A DNA stretch of 64,000 bases from Candidatus Binatia bacterium (lineage in GTDB: Bacteria > Desulfobacterota > Binatia > UBA9968 > JAJDTQ01): assembly GCA_963666515.2 (NCBI GenBank), contig OY762897.2:1024001-1088000 (forward strand), in the 5' to 3' direction. Of this stretch, positions 49,676-58,854 are shown in pieces. The first letter of the stretch is position 1. Every line of letters begins with the position of its first letter. The notes below the pieces were generated by a model. That model searched no databases and was not told the DNA's origin. It saw only the letters and a program-made list of their open reading frames with translations. The translations under genes were made by a program, and so were the position numbers.

Positions 49676-50422
49676 ATGGAGGTCCTTGAGCCGGAAGCGC
49701 TGATCGACGATCTCCGCCGCGTCCTGCGCGGCCGGTATCCGGTCCATCCCCTGCGCACGTTGCTCCTGGGCGGAGACCTTACCCGGGAGCAGTTGCATGG
49801 GTGGGCCAAGAACCAGTTCCACGAGTTCCGCAACATCCATCGGTTCTTCGGCATCCGCTACCAGAAGTGCCCGATCCAGGCGTTGCGGCGCATGCTGCTG
49901 GAGAACATGGTGGAGGAGGAGGGCGAGGACCTGTTCGGCGGCGAGTACCCCAGCCACGCCGAGTTGTGGACCCGCTTCGGCGAAGGGCTGGGAATCCCGC
50001 GTGAAGAGATGCAGGGCTACGAGCCCCTGCCGGGGATCAAGGCGGCGCTGGAGATGTACGTGCAGCTCGTCCAGCAGAGCCACTGGGCCGTCGCCATCGG
50101 CACCGGCCTCGTCTTTGAAGGAGAGGGGCCCAAGCGCATGGGCGAGGAGCGCCAGGCGCTGGAGGAACGCTACCCCTGGATACCCTCCGACTCCCTGGCC
50201 TTCTTTCGGGCCCACGAGTATCACGACGAGGGACACGGAAACTTCATCGTGGACGTGATCAAGGATCACGTCATGGACGGCGGGCTGCAGGAGGAGATGC
50301 GGGCCGCGGTGCGGACCCGCGTGGACATCATGTGGCTGCAGAACGAGACCATCTACCAGGCATTCGTTCGCCCGCAGCTCAGCCCCGAGACCGTTGCCCG
50401 ACTCGAAGCCGCCTCGAACTGA
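49676..50422 (+). CDS. Heme-oxygenase-like diiron protein (TenA/PqqC/CADD family)
   Basis: ENMVEEEG...SHAELW, FEG, FFRAHEYHDEGH. Confidence 0.82.
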   Translation: MEVLEPEALIDDLRRVLRGRYPVHPLRTLLLGGDLTREQLHGWAKNQFHEFRNIHRFFGIRYQKCPIQALRRMLLENMVEEEGEDLFGGEYPSHAELWTRFGEGLGIPREEMQGYEPLPGIKAALEMYVQLVQQSHWAVAIGTGLVFEGEGPKRMGEERQALEERYPWIPSDSLAFFRAHEYHDEGHGNFIVDVIKDHVMDGGLQEEMRAAVRTRVDIMWLQNETIYQAFVRPQLSPETVARLEAASN

Positions 50423-50456
50423 CGAGTCCCGGTCCGAGTCGAGTACGCGCAGGCCG

Positions 50457-51341
50457 ATGAGTTCACGGAGCGGTAGAGCCCTCACATTCCTGGTCCTGGT
50501 GTTGGCGGTTGCGGTCGCATACACGGCGTGGGAGACCCGGAACCTCACGGTCTCCCTGGACGGGATGGCCGTGGGCAACGAAACCAACATCACGGAGATG
50601 ATGATCTCTCTCGCCCGCACGGAAGGGCAGATCGCGAGAGTACGGGAAACCGTGGAGTTGCTTGGCAGGGACGGCGCGGCCGGAACGGCCCCGGGCGCCG
50701 ACGCGGCCGCGCTGGAAGGGAAGCTCACCGCCGCCCTGACGGCCGTTCAGCGGGAGGTCCTTCAGCAGGAACTGAACAAGTGGGTCCGGCAACTCGAGGA
50801 CCGAAGGGAGAAGAGCTGGGCCGCGTTGCGCAAGGGCCTGGAGGAGAAGCTGGGCCGCGGCGACGCCGGTTCCGGGGAACGGGACCAGCGCTGGGCGGAG
50901 TTGAAAGCGCTCGTGCAGCAGAACCGGAAAAGCCTGACGGCGGGGTTGAAGGAGCTGGGCGACGGCCTCTCCGATCCCTCCGGCGCCATCGAGAAGCAGG
51001 GCGCGACCCTGACGAACCTGGAGAAGCGCTTGGCCGCGGTCATGAAAGCCGCGGAGGAGAATCGGACGGCGCTGGCTCGGCGGAACGAACGTGACGAAGA
51101 GCGCTGGAAGGAGTTGTTCCTGGAGTTGCGGGAGAGCAAGGAGGCAACGCAGCAACGCTACGCCGAGCTGGCGGCCCGCCTGGAGCGGAGTCAGGGCGAG
51201 GCAGGGCAGCCGGCGAATGCGCCGGCGGCCGGGCAGCAGGAACAAGGCTCCCCCCAGCAGCAGGACGAGATCATGCAACGCGAGAGGCTGGAGGAGTTTT
51301 GCGCAGAGGTGCCGCAGTCCTTGCTCTGCAGGAACCTCTAG
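50457..51341 (+). CDS. Hypothetical membrane-anchored coiled-coil protein
   Basis: One N-terminal TM helix, heptad-rich body, C-terminal C-x8-C; collinear with the flanking operon. Confidence 0.65.
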   Translation: MSSRSGRALTFLVLVLAVAVAYTAWETRNLTVSLDGMAVGNETNITEMMISLARTEGQIARVRETVELLGRDGAAGTAPGADAAALEGKLTAALTAVQREVLQQELNKWVRQLEDRREKSWAALRKGLEEKLGRGDAGSGERDQRWAELKALVQQNRKSLTAGLKELGDGLSDPSGAIEKQGATLTNLEKRLAAVMKAAEENRTALARRNERDEERWKELFLELRESKEATQQRYAELAARLERSQGEAGQPANAPAAGQQEQGSPQQQDEIMQRERLEEFCAEVPQSLLCRNL

Positions 51342-51362
51342 GCACGTGGCTTGGGAGCCGCC

Positions 51363-51983
51363 ATGCGGTACTATGACATTTCGCTCAAGCTCAGCCCCGA
51401 CACCGCGCGCTGGGTGACCGCGGCGCCGTTCGAGTTGGTGGACCGGCGGCGGATGCAGCGGGGCGACCACAACAACTCGTCGAGCGTGAACATGAGCGTC
51501 CACAGCGGCACCCACATGGATGCTCCGTTCCACTTCGTCCCCGATGGGGCGGCCATCGACCAGCTTCCGCTGGACCTGTTCATCGGGCCGGCGCTGGTGC
51601 ACGAGGTGGCCGCCGGCCGTTACATCACCGCCGAGCACGTGTCGGCGCTACCGCCGGGAGAGCGCGTCCTGTTCAAGACCGGCAACTCGGGGCTTCTCCG
51701 CCGCGCCGAGTACGATCCGGATTTCACGGCGTTCTCGGTGGAGGCGGCCGCCGCCCTGGTGGCCAAGGGTTACAGGCTCGTGGGGCTGGACTACCTCTCG
51801 GTGGCGCACGCGGACGAGCAGGTGCCGGTGCACCGGGCCTTTCTGGATCACGGGCTCGCGCTGCTGGAAGGGGTGGACCTGACGGAGATCCGGCCGGGCC
51901 GTTACGAGTTGATCTGCTTCCCCGTGTGCATTGCCGGCGCCGACGGCGCTCCGTGCCGCGCGGTCCTCCGCGACCTGCCATGA
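51363..51983 (+). CDS. Cyclase family protein (kynurenine formamidase-like)
   Basis: HSGTHMDAPFHF, GLDYLS, DGAPCRAVL. Confidence 0.9.
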   Translation: MRYYDISLKLSPDTARWVTAAPFELVDRRRMQRGDHNNSSSVNMSVHSGTHMDAPFHFVPDGAAIDQLPLDLFIGPALVHEVAAGRYITAEHVSALPPGERVLFKTGNSGLLRRAEYDPDFTAFSVEAAAALVAKGYRLVGLDYLSVAHADEQVPVHRAFLDHGLALLEGVDLTEIRPGRYELICFPVCIAGADGAPCRAVLRDLP

Positions 51984-52939
51984 ACAAGGTGCAAGCCGCC
52001 ATCCTGGACGACTACCAGCACGTCGCCCGGTCCCTGCTGGATGCGAGGGAGATCCCGGGGAACCTCGATTTCACGGTGTTCCACAACCACCTGGATGACG
52101 AGGACGCCCTGGCCGAGCGGTTGCAGCGGTTCGAGATCGTCTGCGTCATGCGGGAGCGCACGCCGTTTCTGCGCACCCTGCTGGAGCGTTTGCCCAACCT
52201 GAGGCTGCTGGTGACCAGCGGCATGAGGAATGCGTCCATCGACGTGGCCGCAGCCGGGGAACGGGGCGTGACGGTCTGCGGAACTCCCAGCGTCGGCGGG
52301 CCCACGGCCGAGCTGGCCTGGGGCCTGATCATCGGGCTGCTCCGGCACATCCCGCGAGAGGACCGGGCCACGCGCGAGGGCCGCTGGCAGGAGACGCTGG
52401 GCGGAGGCCTCCTGGGCAAGACCCTTGGAGTGGCCGGCCTGGGCAAGCTGGGGGCGCGGGTGGCCCGCGTGGGCTTGGCTTTCGAGATGGACGTGATCGC
52501 GTGGAGCCGGAACCTCACCGAGGAACGTTGCCGGGAGGTCGGCGTGTCCCGCGTGAGCAAGGAGGAACTGCTGTCGCGCTCCGATGTCCTGACCATCCAC
52601 CTGGTGCTGAGCGACCGCACCCGCGGCCTGTTCGGCGCCGCCGAGCTTGCGATGATGAAGCCCACCGCGGTGCTGATCAACACCTCCCGCGGCCCCATCG
52701 TCGAAGAGGATGCGTTGGTGGAGGCGCTGGAGCGCGGCGCCATCGCCGGCGCCGGCCTCGACGTCTATGATACCGAACCGTTGCCCCCGGACCATCCGCT
52801 CCGGCGTTGCGGCAACACCGTCATCACGCCCCATCTGGGTTACGTGGAGGAGGCGAACTACGGCGCCTACTTCGACGGCTACCTGGCCGCCATACGAGGC
52901 TACATCGAAGGCGCTCCCGTAAACGTCATCAAGGGGTGA
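51980..52939 (+). CDS. D-2-hydroxyacid dehydrogenase family protein
   Basis: AILDDYQ, MRERTP, GLGKLG, INTSRGPIV, LDVYDTEP, TPHLGY. Confidence 0.92.
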   Translation: MNKVQAAILDDYQHVARSLLDAREIPGNLDFTVFHNHLDDEDALAERLQRFEIVCVMRERTPFLRTLLERLPNLRLLVTSGMRNASIDVAAAGERGVTVCGTPSVGGPTAELAWGLIIGLLRHIPREDRATREGRWQETLGGGLLGKTLGVAGLGKLGARVARVGLAFEMDVIAWSRNLTEERCREVGVSRVSKEELLSRSDVLTIHLVLSDRTRGLFGAAELAMMKPTAVLINTSRGPIVEEDALVEALERGAIAGAGLDVYDTEPLPPDHPLRRCGNTVITPHLGYVEEANYGAYFDGYLAAIRGYIEGAPVNVIKG

Positions 52940-52942
52940 GCC

Positions 52943-53866
52943 GTGGCCGAGAAAGCACAGAACGAAAACATGACCCCAACACAGACCGAAAACATGACAC
53001 AAACAGAAAACCTGGCACTCTATTGCGACTTCGAGAACATCGCCATCGGCGTGCGCGACGCGCGCTACGCCGACTTCGACATGCGGAAGGTCCTGGACCG
53101 GCTGCTGGTCAAGGGCAAGATCGTGGTCAAGAAGGCGTACTCCGACTGGGAACGCTACCGCGAGTACAAGCCCGCCATGCACGAGGCGTCCTTCGAGCTG
53201 ATCGAGATTCCCCACGTGCGCCAGTCGGGCAAGAACTCGGCCGACATCCGCATGGTGGTGGACGCGCTGGACCTCTGCTACACGAAGTCCCACGTGGACA
53301 CCTTCGTGATCATCAGCGGCGACTCCGATTTCTCCGCGCTGGTGAGCAAGCTGCGCGAGAACAACAAGGTGGTCATCGGCGTGGGGGTGAAGAACTCCAC
53401 CTCCGACCTCCTCATCGCCAACTGCGACGAGTTCATCTACTACGACGACTTGGTGCGGGACTCCAAGCGCCGTAGCGGGGCCAAGCGCACGAAGTCCACG
53501 GGACGCAGCCCGCGCAAGACGGCCGCAGCGCCGGCGGAGGAAAAGGAGAAGGAGGCCAAGGAGGAGAAGGAGGCCAAGGAGGAGAAGGAGGCCAAGGAGG
53601 AGAAGAAGGAGGCGCAGGAGGCCCTGGACCTGGTGGTCGAGACCGTCACCCACCTCTTCGACGAGCGTGGCGAGAAGGACAACATCTGGGGCTCCATGGT
53701 CAAGCAGGCGCTGAAGCGGCGCAAGCCCGGCTTCAACGAGCGCTACCACGGCTTCCGCTCCTTCGGCCGGCTGCTGGAGGAAGCGCAGTTCCAGCGGCTG
53801 CTGGACCTGGAGGCGGACGAGAAGTCCGGCGATTACCTGATCAAGGGGCTCGTCCAGGAAGACTGA
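52943..53866 (+). CDS. NYN domain protein with C-terminal OST-HTH/LOTUS domain
   Basis: CDFEN, GKNSADIRMVVDA, SGDSDF, CDEFIYY; GSMVKQALKRRKPGFNE..HGFRSF. Confidence 0.92.
   Translation: MAEKAQNENMTPTQTENMTQTENLALYCDFENIAIGVRDARYADFDMRKVLDRLLVKGKIVVKKAYSDWERYREYKPAMHEASFELIEIPHVRQSGKNSADIRMVVDALDLCYTKSHVDTFVIISGDSDFSALVSKLRENNKVVIGVGVKNSTSDLLIANCDEFIYYDDLVRDSKRRSGAKRTKSTGRSPRKTAAAPAEEKEKEAKEEKEAKEEKEAKEEKKEAQEALDLVVETVTHLFDERGEKDNIWGSMVKQALKRRKPGFNERYHGFRSFGRLLEEAQFQRLLDLEADEKSGDYLIKGLVQED
53546..53605. repeat. In-frame 18-bp tandem repeat (about 3.3 copies; EKEAKE)
   Basis: GAGAAGGAGGCCAAGGAG three times plus GAGAAG. Confidence 0.92.
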
Positions 53867-53906
53867 CGGATGCGCCGGCGGGCCTCCCTCCCGATGAGAA
53901 CCATTC

Positions 53907-55415
53907 GTGGGCAAACCCCTCACTCGGCAAGCCCGCGCTCGTGAAATCCGGGTGCTGAGCGTTCTGTCCGCGGGCACCTTCCTGTTCTTCAACAGCTACG
54001 GCAGCATCAACGTCGCCATCCCCATGATCCAGGCCGAGTTCGGCAGCAGCCTCTCGGCCGTCCAGTGGATCGCCACCATGGGGCTCGTGCTGTCCGCCAG
54101 TGTGGCGCTGTGCCTGGGACGGGCCGGCGACATCCTGGGCAGGAACCGCCTCTACAAGCTGGGGGTTACGCTCTACGGCGCCGGCGCGGCGCTGGCCGCG
54201 GCCTCGCAGACCTTCGCGCAACTGGTGGTTTGCCGGGTGGTGATGACCGTGGGCCTCGCCATGGCCATGCCCATGTCCACGGCCATCACGGCCGCGGCCT
54301 CGCATCCGGAACGGACCGGGCGGAGCCTGGGCATCCTGCTTTCGGCCGCGGGCGTGGGGCGGGCCACCGGACCGGCCCTGGGCGGTTTTTTCATCCACCT
54401 GGCGGGTTGGCGCGCGGTGTTCCTCGCCAACGCCGTGATCGGCTTGGCCGTAAGCGTCGCGGTCTGGCAGATGCTCCGGGGCGGAGAACGCCGCAGCGGC
54501 GAGTCCTTCGACTACCCCGGCGCCGCAGCGCTGATCCTGGGCTATCCGTCGATCCTGGTGGGCCTGAGCCTGGGCGCCAACAGCGGCTGGAGCTCTCCGT
54601 TGGTGCCCTGGTGGTTCCTGCTCGGCGGCGCCGGCATGGCGGCCTTCGTGCTGCGGCAGTGGCGCGCACGGCGGCCCTTGATACCGTTGCGGCTCATGAC
54701 GGATATTCCTCTAGTGCTCGCGTTCCTGACTATGGTGCTGTTCTCCGCGGCTTACTTCCCGATCTTCATGCTGTCCCCGTTGTACATGAACAACGTCTTG
54801 GAACTGGCGCCGCTTCAGCTCGGGCTCATCCTCACGACGCTGCCGGTGGTGGCCGCACTCTGCTCGCCCGTGAGCGGCCGTCTGTCGGATCGTGTGGAAA
54901 CCTGGATCCCGGTGGCGGCGGGACTCGCCGCAGGCGCAATCGGGATTGCGATCTACGCCGGCCTGAAGGACGGATCGAGTCCGGTCACCGTGCTGCTGGC
55001 GCTCGCACTGGTGGGAATCGGCGTGGGCGTCTTCCTGCCCGCCCATCAGAAGATCGTGTTCACGCTGGCTCCCCGCGAACACTACGGCCTCGCCGGCGGG
55101 TTGCTGTCGGCGTGCGGGCCGGGGGCGGGCGCCTTGGGCATCGGGCTGGCGGTATCCCTGATGGAGGGTACAGCCCCGGTCGATGCGGCTGGGTTCGTAG
55201 CGGCGCAACGGGTCGCCATGTTCACGCTGTTGCCGCTGCCCTTCCTTGCGCTCGGTCTCGTTATCATCGGGCGTTTGCGTGGGAGGGAGAAGACGCCCGC
55301 CACGCCCGCATCCACACCTGCCACGTCCCGGTCATTGCGGACGCCAAGTTCCCGTCATTCCGGGCTTGACCCGGAATCCAGGCCGCCCGCGCCCCGAACT
55401 ACCGGTAGGGAATGA
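53907..55415 (+). CDS. MFS transporter (EmrB/QacA-like)
   Basis: GRAGDILGRNR, GPALGG, WRAVFLAN, FDYPG, GRLSDR. Confidence 0.88.
   Translation: MGKPLTRQARAREIRVLSVLSAGTFLFFNSYGSINVAIPMIQAEFGSSLSAVQWIATMGLVLSASVALCLGRAGDILGRNRLYKLGVTLYGAGAALAAASQTFAQLVVCRVVMTVGLAMAMPMSTAITAAASHPERTGRSLGILLSAAGVGRATGPALGGFFIHLAGWRAVFLANAVIGLAVSVAVWQMLRGGERRSGESFDYPGAAALILGYPSILVGLSLGANSGWSSPLVPWWFLLGGAGMAAFVLRQWRARRPLIPLRLMTDIPLVLAFLTMVLFSAAYFPIFMLSPLYMNNVLELAPLQLGLILTTLPVVAALCSPVSGRLSDRVETWIPVAAGLAAGAIGIAIYAGLKDGSSPVTVLLALALVGIGVGVFLPAHQKIVFTLAPREHYGLAGGLLSACGPGAGALGIGLAVSLMEGTAPVDAAGFVAAQRVAMFTLLPLPFLALGLVIIGRLRGREKTPATPASTPATSRSLRTPSSRHSGLDPESRPPAPRTTGRE
55353..55380. repeat. CGTC-type REP variant inside the MFS coding tail
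   Basis: CGTCATTCCGGGCTTGACCCGGAATCCA. Confidence 0.85.
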
Positions 55416-56566
55416 TGCGCAACCTGCTCTATTCGTTGTCCGCCGTCTGCATGGCCTCGGGCGCCATCGGGGCCTCCATGCTGGCGCCGTTCTACATGGA
55501 CGCCAAGGGATTCCCGCTGGCGGTGGTGGGTATGCCGCTCCTGGTCAACGGCGTCGGCGCGCTGTGCTCGGATGTGGTGTCCGGCACGCTGGCGTCGTAT
55601 TTCCGGTCGAGCTTCCTGCTGCTGGCGTCAATGGTCATCGCCGTGGTCACGGCGCTTCTGGGTTTCGCCTTCCGGGACAGCCTGACCGTGTTCCTGGTGG
55701 CCTTCACCATCCTTGGCCTCACCGAAGCCATGTTCAGCCTCGCCATCCGGCGCATCGTGTTCGTGCAGTCCGCGCCGGAAGAGCAGGGAAAGGCGCAAGG
55801 GCAGGTGGCCGCCGCCCTGGGGCTCGGCTTCGCCCTGGGTCCCACCATGGGCGGGTTCGTTGGCGAGTGGTGGGGGCTCGACAAGCTGTTCCTGCTGGTG
55901 GCAGTCCCGCAGAGCATCGGTCTGGTCTTCATCCTGCTGGCCCGGGGGCACCGCACCGAGAAGCCGGTGGAGCGCAGCTCGCTGCCGCTGTGGCGGGTGG
56001 GCACGGGGCTGATGAGCCGGCCCGGCTTTCTCGGCGCCTGGCTGGCCATCTTCCAGTCGTTCCTCTGCCTCATCGGCGTGACCCGCATCGCCTTCCCGTT
56101 CCTGGCGGTGCGCCGGGGCCTGACCCTCGACATCATCGGCACCATGGTCAGCATCTCGCGCCTGACCGACACCGCCGGCAGGCTGGGCGGCGGCTGGCTC
56201 TCCGACCGAATCGGCACCCGCGCGGTGATCCTCCTGGGAGTCTTCGTCACCGTCCCCGCCTTCGTCCTCCAGATCTTCGGCCAGAGCTACATCGCGCTGC
56301 TCCTTCCCCTGTGCCTCATGACCGCCGGCTTCGGCCTCTCCAACGTGGGCTCCACCACCCTGGCCCTGCAACTCGCCGACGACTCCAGCAAGGGCGTCGC
56401 CCTGGGACTCATCCGCGGCGGCAGCTCCATGGGCCGCACCTTCGGCCCCCTCTTGGCGGGCATCCTCGTGGCCGACCTGGGCTTCCACTGGGGATTCGTG
56501 GCGCTGGGTGTGATCTCGTTCGTTATCGGCGGGGGCGTCGCGGGGCTGTTCCGGCGGCAACCCTAG
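55412..56566 (+). CDS. MFS transporter
   Basis: About 12 TM segments, GPTMGG, GWLSDRIGTR. Confidence 0.88.
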   Translation: MMRNLLYSLSAVCMASGAIGASMLAPFYMDAKGFPLAVVGMPLLVNGVGALCSDVVSGTLASYFRSSFLLLASMVIAVVTALLGFAFRDSLTVFLVAFTILGLTEAMFSLAIRRIVFVQSAPEEQGKAQGQVAAALGLGFALGPTMGGFVGEWWGLDKLFLLVAVPQSIGLVFILLARGHRTEKPVERSSLPLWRVGTGLMSRPGFLGAWLAIFQSFLCLIGVTRIAFPFLAVRRGLTLDIIGTMVSISRLTDTAGRLGGGWLSDRIGTRAVILLGVFVTVPAFVLQIFGQSYIALLLPLCLMTAGFGLSNVGSTTLALQLADDSSKGVALGLIRGGSSMGRTFGPLLAGILVADLGFHWGFVALGVISFVIGGGVAGLFRRQP

Positions 56567-56707
56567 CCGTCTGGACAAGCGACTCATTGTGACATCCCTA
56601 CAAGACGGAGCCGAAGCGGTGACTCCTATTGACAGTCGCTGAGATTTTTCTAACAGTTGCTCTTGGCAACAGTACTGGCGTGGTCAAATGGGGAAGGAGG
56701 TCCAGGG

Positions 56708-56899
56708 GTGCAGACTGCAAAGGAGTCCGCTCGTCAGGCCATCGACCGGCTGTCGGATCAGGCGACCTGGGAAGACATCATGTATGAACTATATGTGAAG
56801 CAGAAAGTCGACGCAGGAATTGAGGCGGTCGCAGAAGGTCGTACGATCCCTCACGAGGAAATGAAACGGCGGTTGCTCGCCAAGAAGCGCCACGTATGA
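56708..56899 (+). CDS. Small putative antitoxin
   Basis: GTG start after GGAGG; LSDQATWEDIMYELYVKQKVDAG...GRTIPHEE; ATGA overlap with a RelE/ParE remnant. Confidence 0.75.
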   Translation: MQTAKESARQAIDRLSDQATWEDIMYELYVKQKVDAGIEAVAEGRTIPHEEMKRRLLAKKRHV

Positions 56900-57053
56900 A
56901 GCTCTTTGGTCGGATGTCGCCGAGGCCGATCTCGACAATATCTACGACCACATTGCGCGCGACGTGCCCTACTACGCCGAACTGTTCATAGATCGACTCA
57001 TTGAAGCCACAGACAAGCTCCAAGACCATCCAAGAATCGGACGGCAGGTGCCA
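56896..57053 (+). pseudogene. RelE/ParE toxin pseudogene (frameshifted and truncated)
   Basis: MKL, then a 1-nt shift to WSDVAEADLDNIYDHIARDVPYYAELFIDRL...HPRIGRQVP, after which toxin similarity ends. Confidence 0.8.
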
Positions 57054-57097
57054 TGCACCGCAAACACCCGCGCCGGTGCTGACGGCGCCGAGAATCC

Positions 57098-57385
57098 CTA
57101 CGCTGCAATGATGGACTCCACTCTTAGCTCTTTCCTGCGCTGCTCGGCGTGCCACAAGTCATAATTGGACTGCATGTTCATCCACAGCTCGGAGCTGGTT
57201 CCCAAGGCTATAGAGAGCCTTACCGCCATCTCGGGACTGATCCCGGTGTGCTCGTTGACGATCTCGGAAAGCGCCTTCCGGGAAACGCCGAGGTGCTTGG
57301 CAGTCTGGGTAATGGAGATACCCAAAGGCGAAATCCACTGTCTCAACAGTACACCGCCGGGATGAGGCGGGTTGTGCATTCTCAT
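57098..57385 (-). CDS. higA: HigA family antitoxin
   Basis: [41 protein letters not shown]. Confidence 0.95.
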   Translation of the reverse strand: MRMHNPPHPGGVLLRQWISPLGISITQTAKHLGVSRKALSEIVNEHTGISPEMAVRLSIALGTSSELWMNMQSNYDLWHAEQRRKELRVESIIAA

Positions 57386-57485
57386 GATTGTCTCCTAATT
57401 TGTATCCAATCTGGTGTAGATGGAACCAGGGGCCGATCGACAAGCGCTTGTTTGTCGTCTTGTTGAGAAGTTCACAGGTCTGGGA

Positions 57486-57764
57486 CTAATGGTGATCCAC
57501 GTAATCCACTGCTTCGGCGTGCCCGCCAACGAAACGAAAGTCTACACTCCAGTTCTTGGCGACATACACTGACCAGATATTGGCGCCACGAGGCTCCAGA
57601 GGATGCAAACGGAAACTGGGTGCACCCATGTCCCTGGGAGATGTAGCGGCGTCCAGAGCGGCCAAGACATCCCTCAAGTGGTTGGCGTGCCTGGGTTGTA
57701 TACCCTTCTTGCTCCCGGTCTCGAAGAACGTCTGTAACCCTTTATGTTTGAAGCCTTTTATCAC
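57486..57764 (-). CDS. higB: HigB (plasmid maintenance killer) toxin
   Basis: IKGFKHKGLQTFFETG, FRLHPL, WSVYVAKNW, VDYVDHH; GTG start at 57764. Confidence 0.9.
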   Translation of the reverse strand: MIKGFKHKGLQTFFETGSKKGIQPRHANHLRDVLAALDAATSPRDMGAPSFRLHPLEPRGANIWSVYVAKNWSVDFRFVGGHAEAVDYVDHH

Positions 57765-57771
57765 GTGGCAG

Positions 57772-57800
57772 AGTATCACATATCACGTAACGGGTTACAA
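57772..57800 (-). promoter_or_regulatory. higBA promoter with palindromic operator
   Basis: TTGTAA-17 bp-GATACT with TGn extension; GTAAC-GG-GTTAC (57787-57798) overlaps the -35. Confidence 0.65.
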
Positions 57801-58005
57801 CACCTGACAAGAAACTTGGCTCAAGGCACTGGAGCGGGAGAACCGAGAGCCTCGAAGGATGAAGACAACCAGGGGAGCGAAAGAACTTCCCGTCTCCGAT
57901 AAACCCGGCGCGGTTCACATTGAGAAATGCCTCCAGACGTTGTAGGTTCCAGGTTCCGGTAACAAAGCGCTTCATGCCTCCAGGAAACGATTGAGTCCAC
58001 GAACC

Positions 58006-58854
58006 ATGCGCAACTTCGATCTCCTTGAACCCAAGACCGTCGCCGAAGCCTGCCGGATGCTCGGCGCGGGTGGCGACGACGACGTCCGGCCCGTCAGCGG
58101 CGGGACGGCGTTGCTCATTCTCGTGAAGCAGGGGCTTCTTCGACCCCGCGCCCTGGTGAACCTCAAGAAGTTGGAGGGCGCCAGCGCCATCACACGGGAC
58201 GACGCCGGGGCCGTCCGCATCGAGGCCATGGCGACCATCCACGAGGTGGAGACCTCGCCGGTGGTGCGGGAGCATCTGCCGGTGCTGGCGGCGGCCTGTC
58301 ATCAAGTGGCGAACATCCGTATCCGCCACTTGGCGACCATCGGCGGAAACTTGGCCCACGGAGACCACCAGTCGGACCCGCCGGGGGTGCTGGTGGCGCT
58401 GGACGCGGAGGTGGAGTTGAGCGGCGCCGGCGGCACGCGCACGCTCAAGCTCGCCGACTTCCTCTTGGGCACCTACGAGACGGCGCTGGAGCCGGGCGAG
58501 ATGGTCACCGCGGTGACAGTGCCGCCGGTGCAGGGGCGGCTGGTGGGGGACTACCTCAAATTTACCACCGGCTCGTCGGAGGAACGGCCATGCGCGGGCA
58601 TCACCGCGCTGGTGCGGCTGGAGGGGGACCGTCCGGTGGAGGCGCGGCTTGCGGTGGGGGCGGTGGCGGCTCGGCCGCTGCTGCTGTGCGAAGCCGGTCC
58701 GACCGAAGCGGCCCTGGAGTCGATGGCCGATCGGGCCGCAGACGACATCGATCCCATTCCCGACCTGCGCGGCTCCGCGGACTACAAACGCCACTTGGTG
58801 AGGGTGCTGGGCCGCCGGGCGCTGACTGCGGCGTGGAAGGAGGCGTGCCCGTGA
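58006..58854 (+). CDS. Xanthine dehydrogenase family FAD-binding subunit (CoxM/CutM-like)
   Basis: SGGTAL, IRHLATIGGNLAH, DLRGSADYKR. Confidence 0.92.
   Translation: MRNFDLLEPKTVAEACRMLGAGGDDDVRPVSGGTALLILVKQGLLRPRALVNLKKLEGASAITRDDAGAVRIEAMATIHEVETSPVVREHLPVLAAACHQVANIRIRHLATIGGNLAHGDHQSDPPGVLVALDAEVELSGAGGTRTLKLADFLLGTYETALEPGEMVTAVTVPPVQGRLVGDYLKFTTGSSEERPCAGITALVRLEGDRPVEARLAVGAVAARPLLLCEAGPTEAALESMADRAADDIDPIPDLRGSADYKRHLVRVLGRRALTAAWKEACP

Noticed and set aside
49676-50422. pqqC
   Set aside because: No other pqq genes; the ligand pattern fits a diiron CADD-like protein better
47930-50728. Very long alternative-frame ORFs (932 aa here; also 31041..33803, 30931..33153, 51902..53992)
   Set aside because: Shadows of well-supported genes caused by GC3 bias
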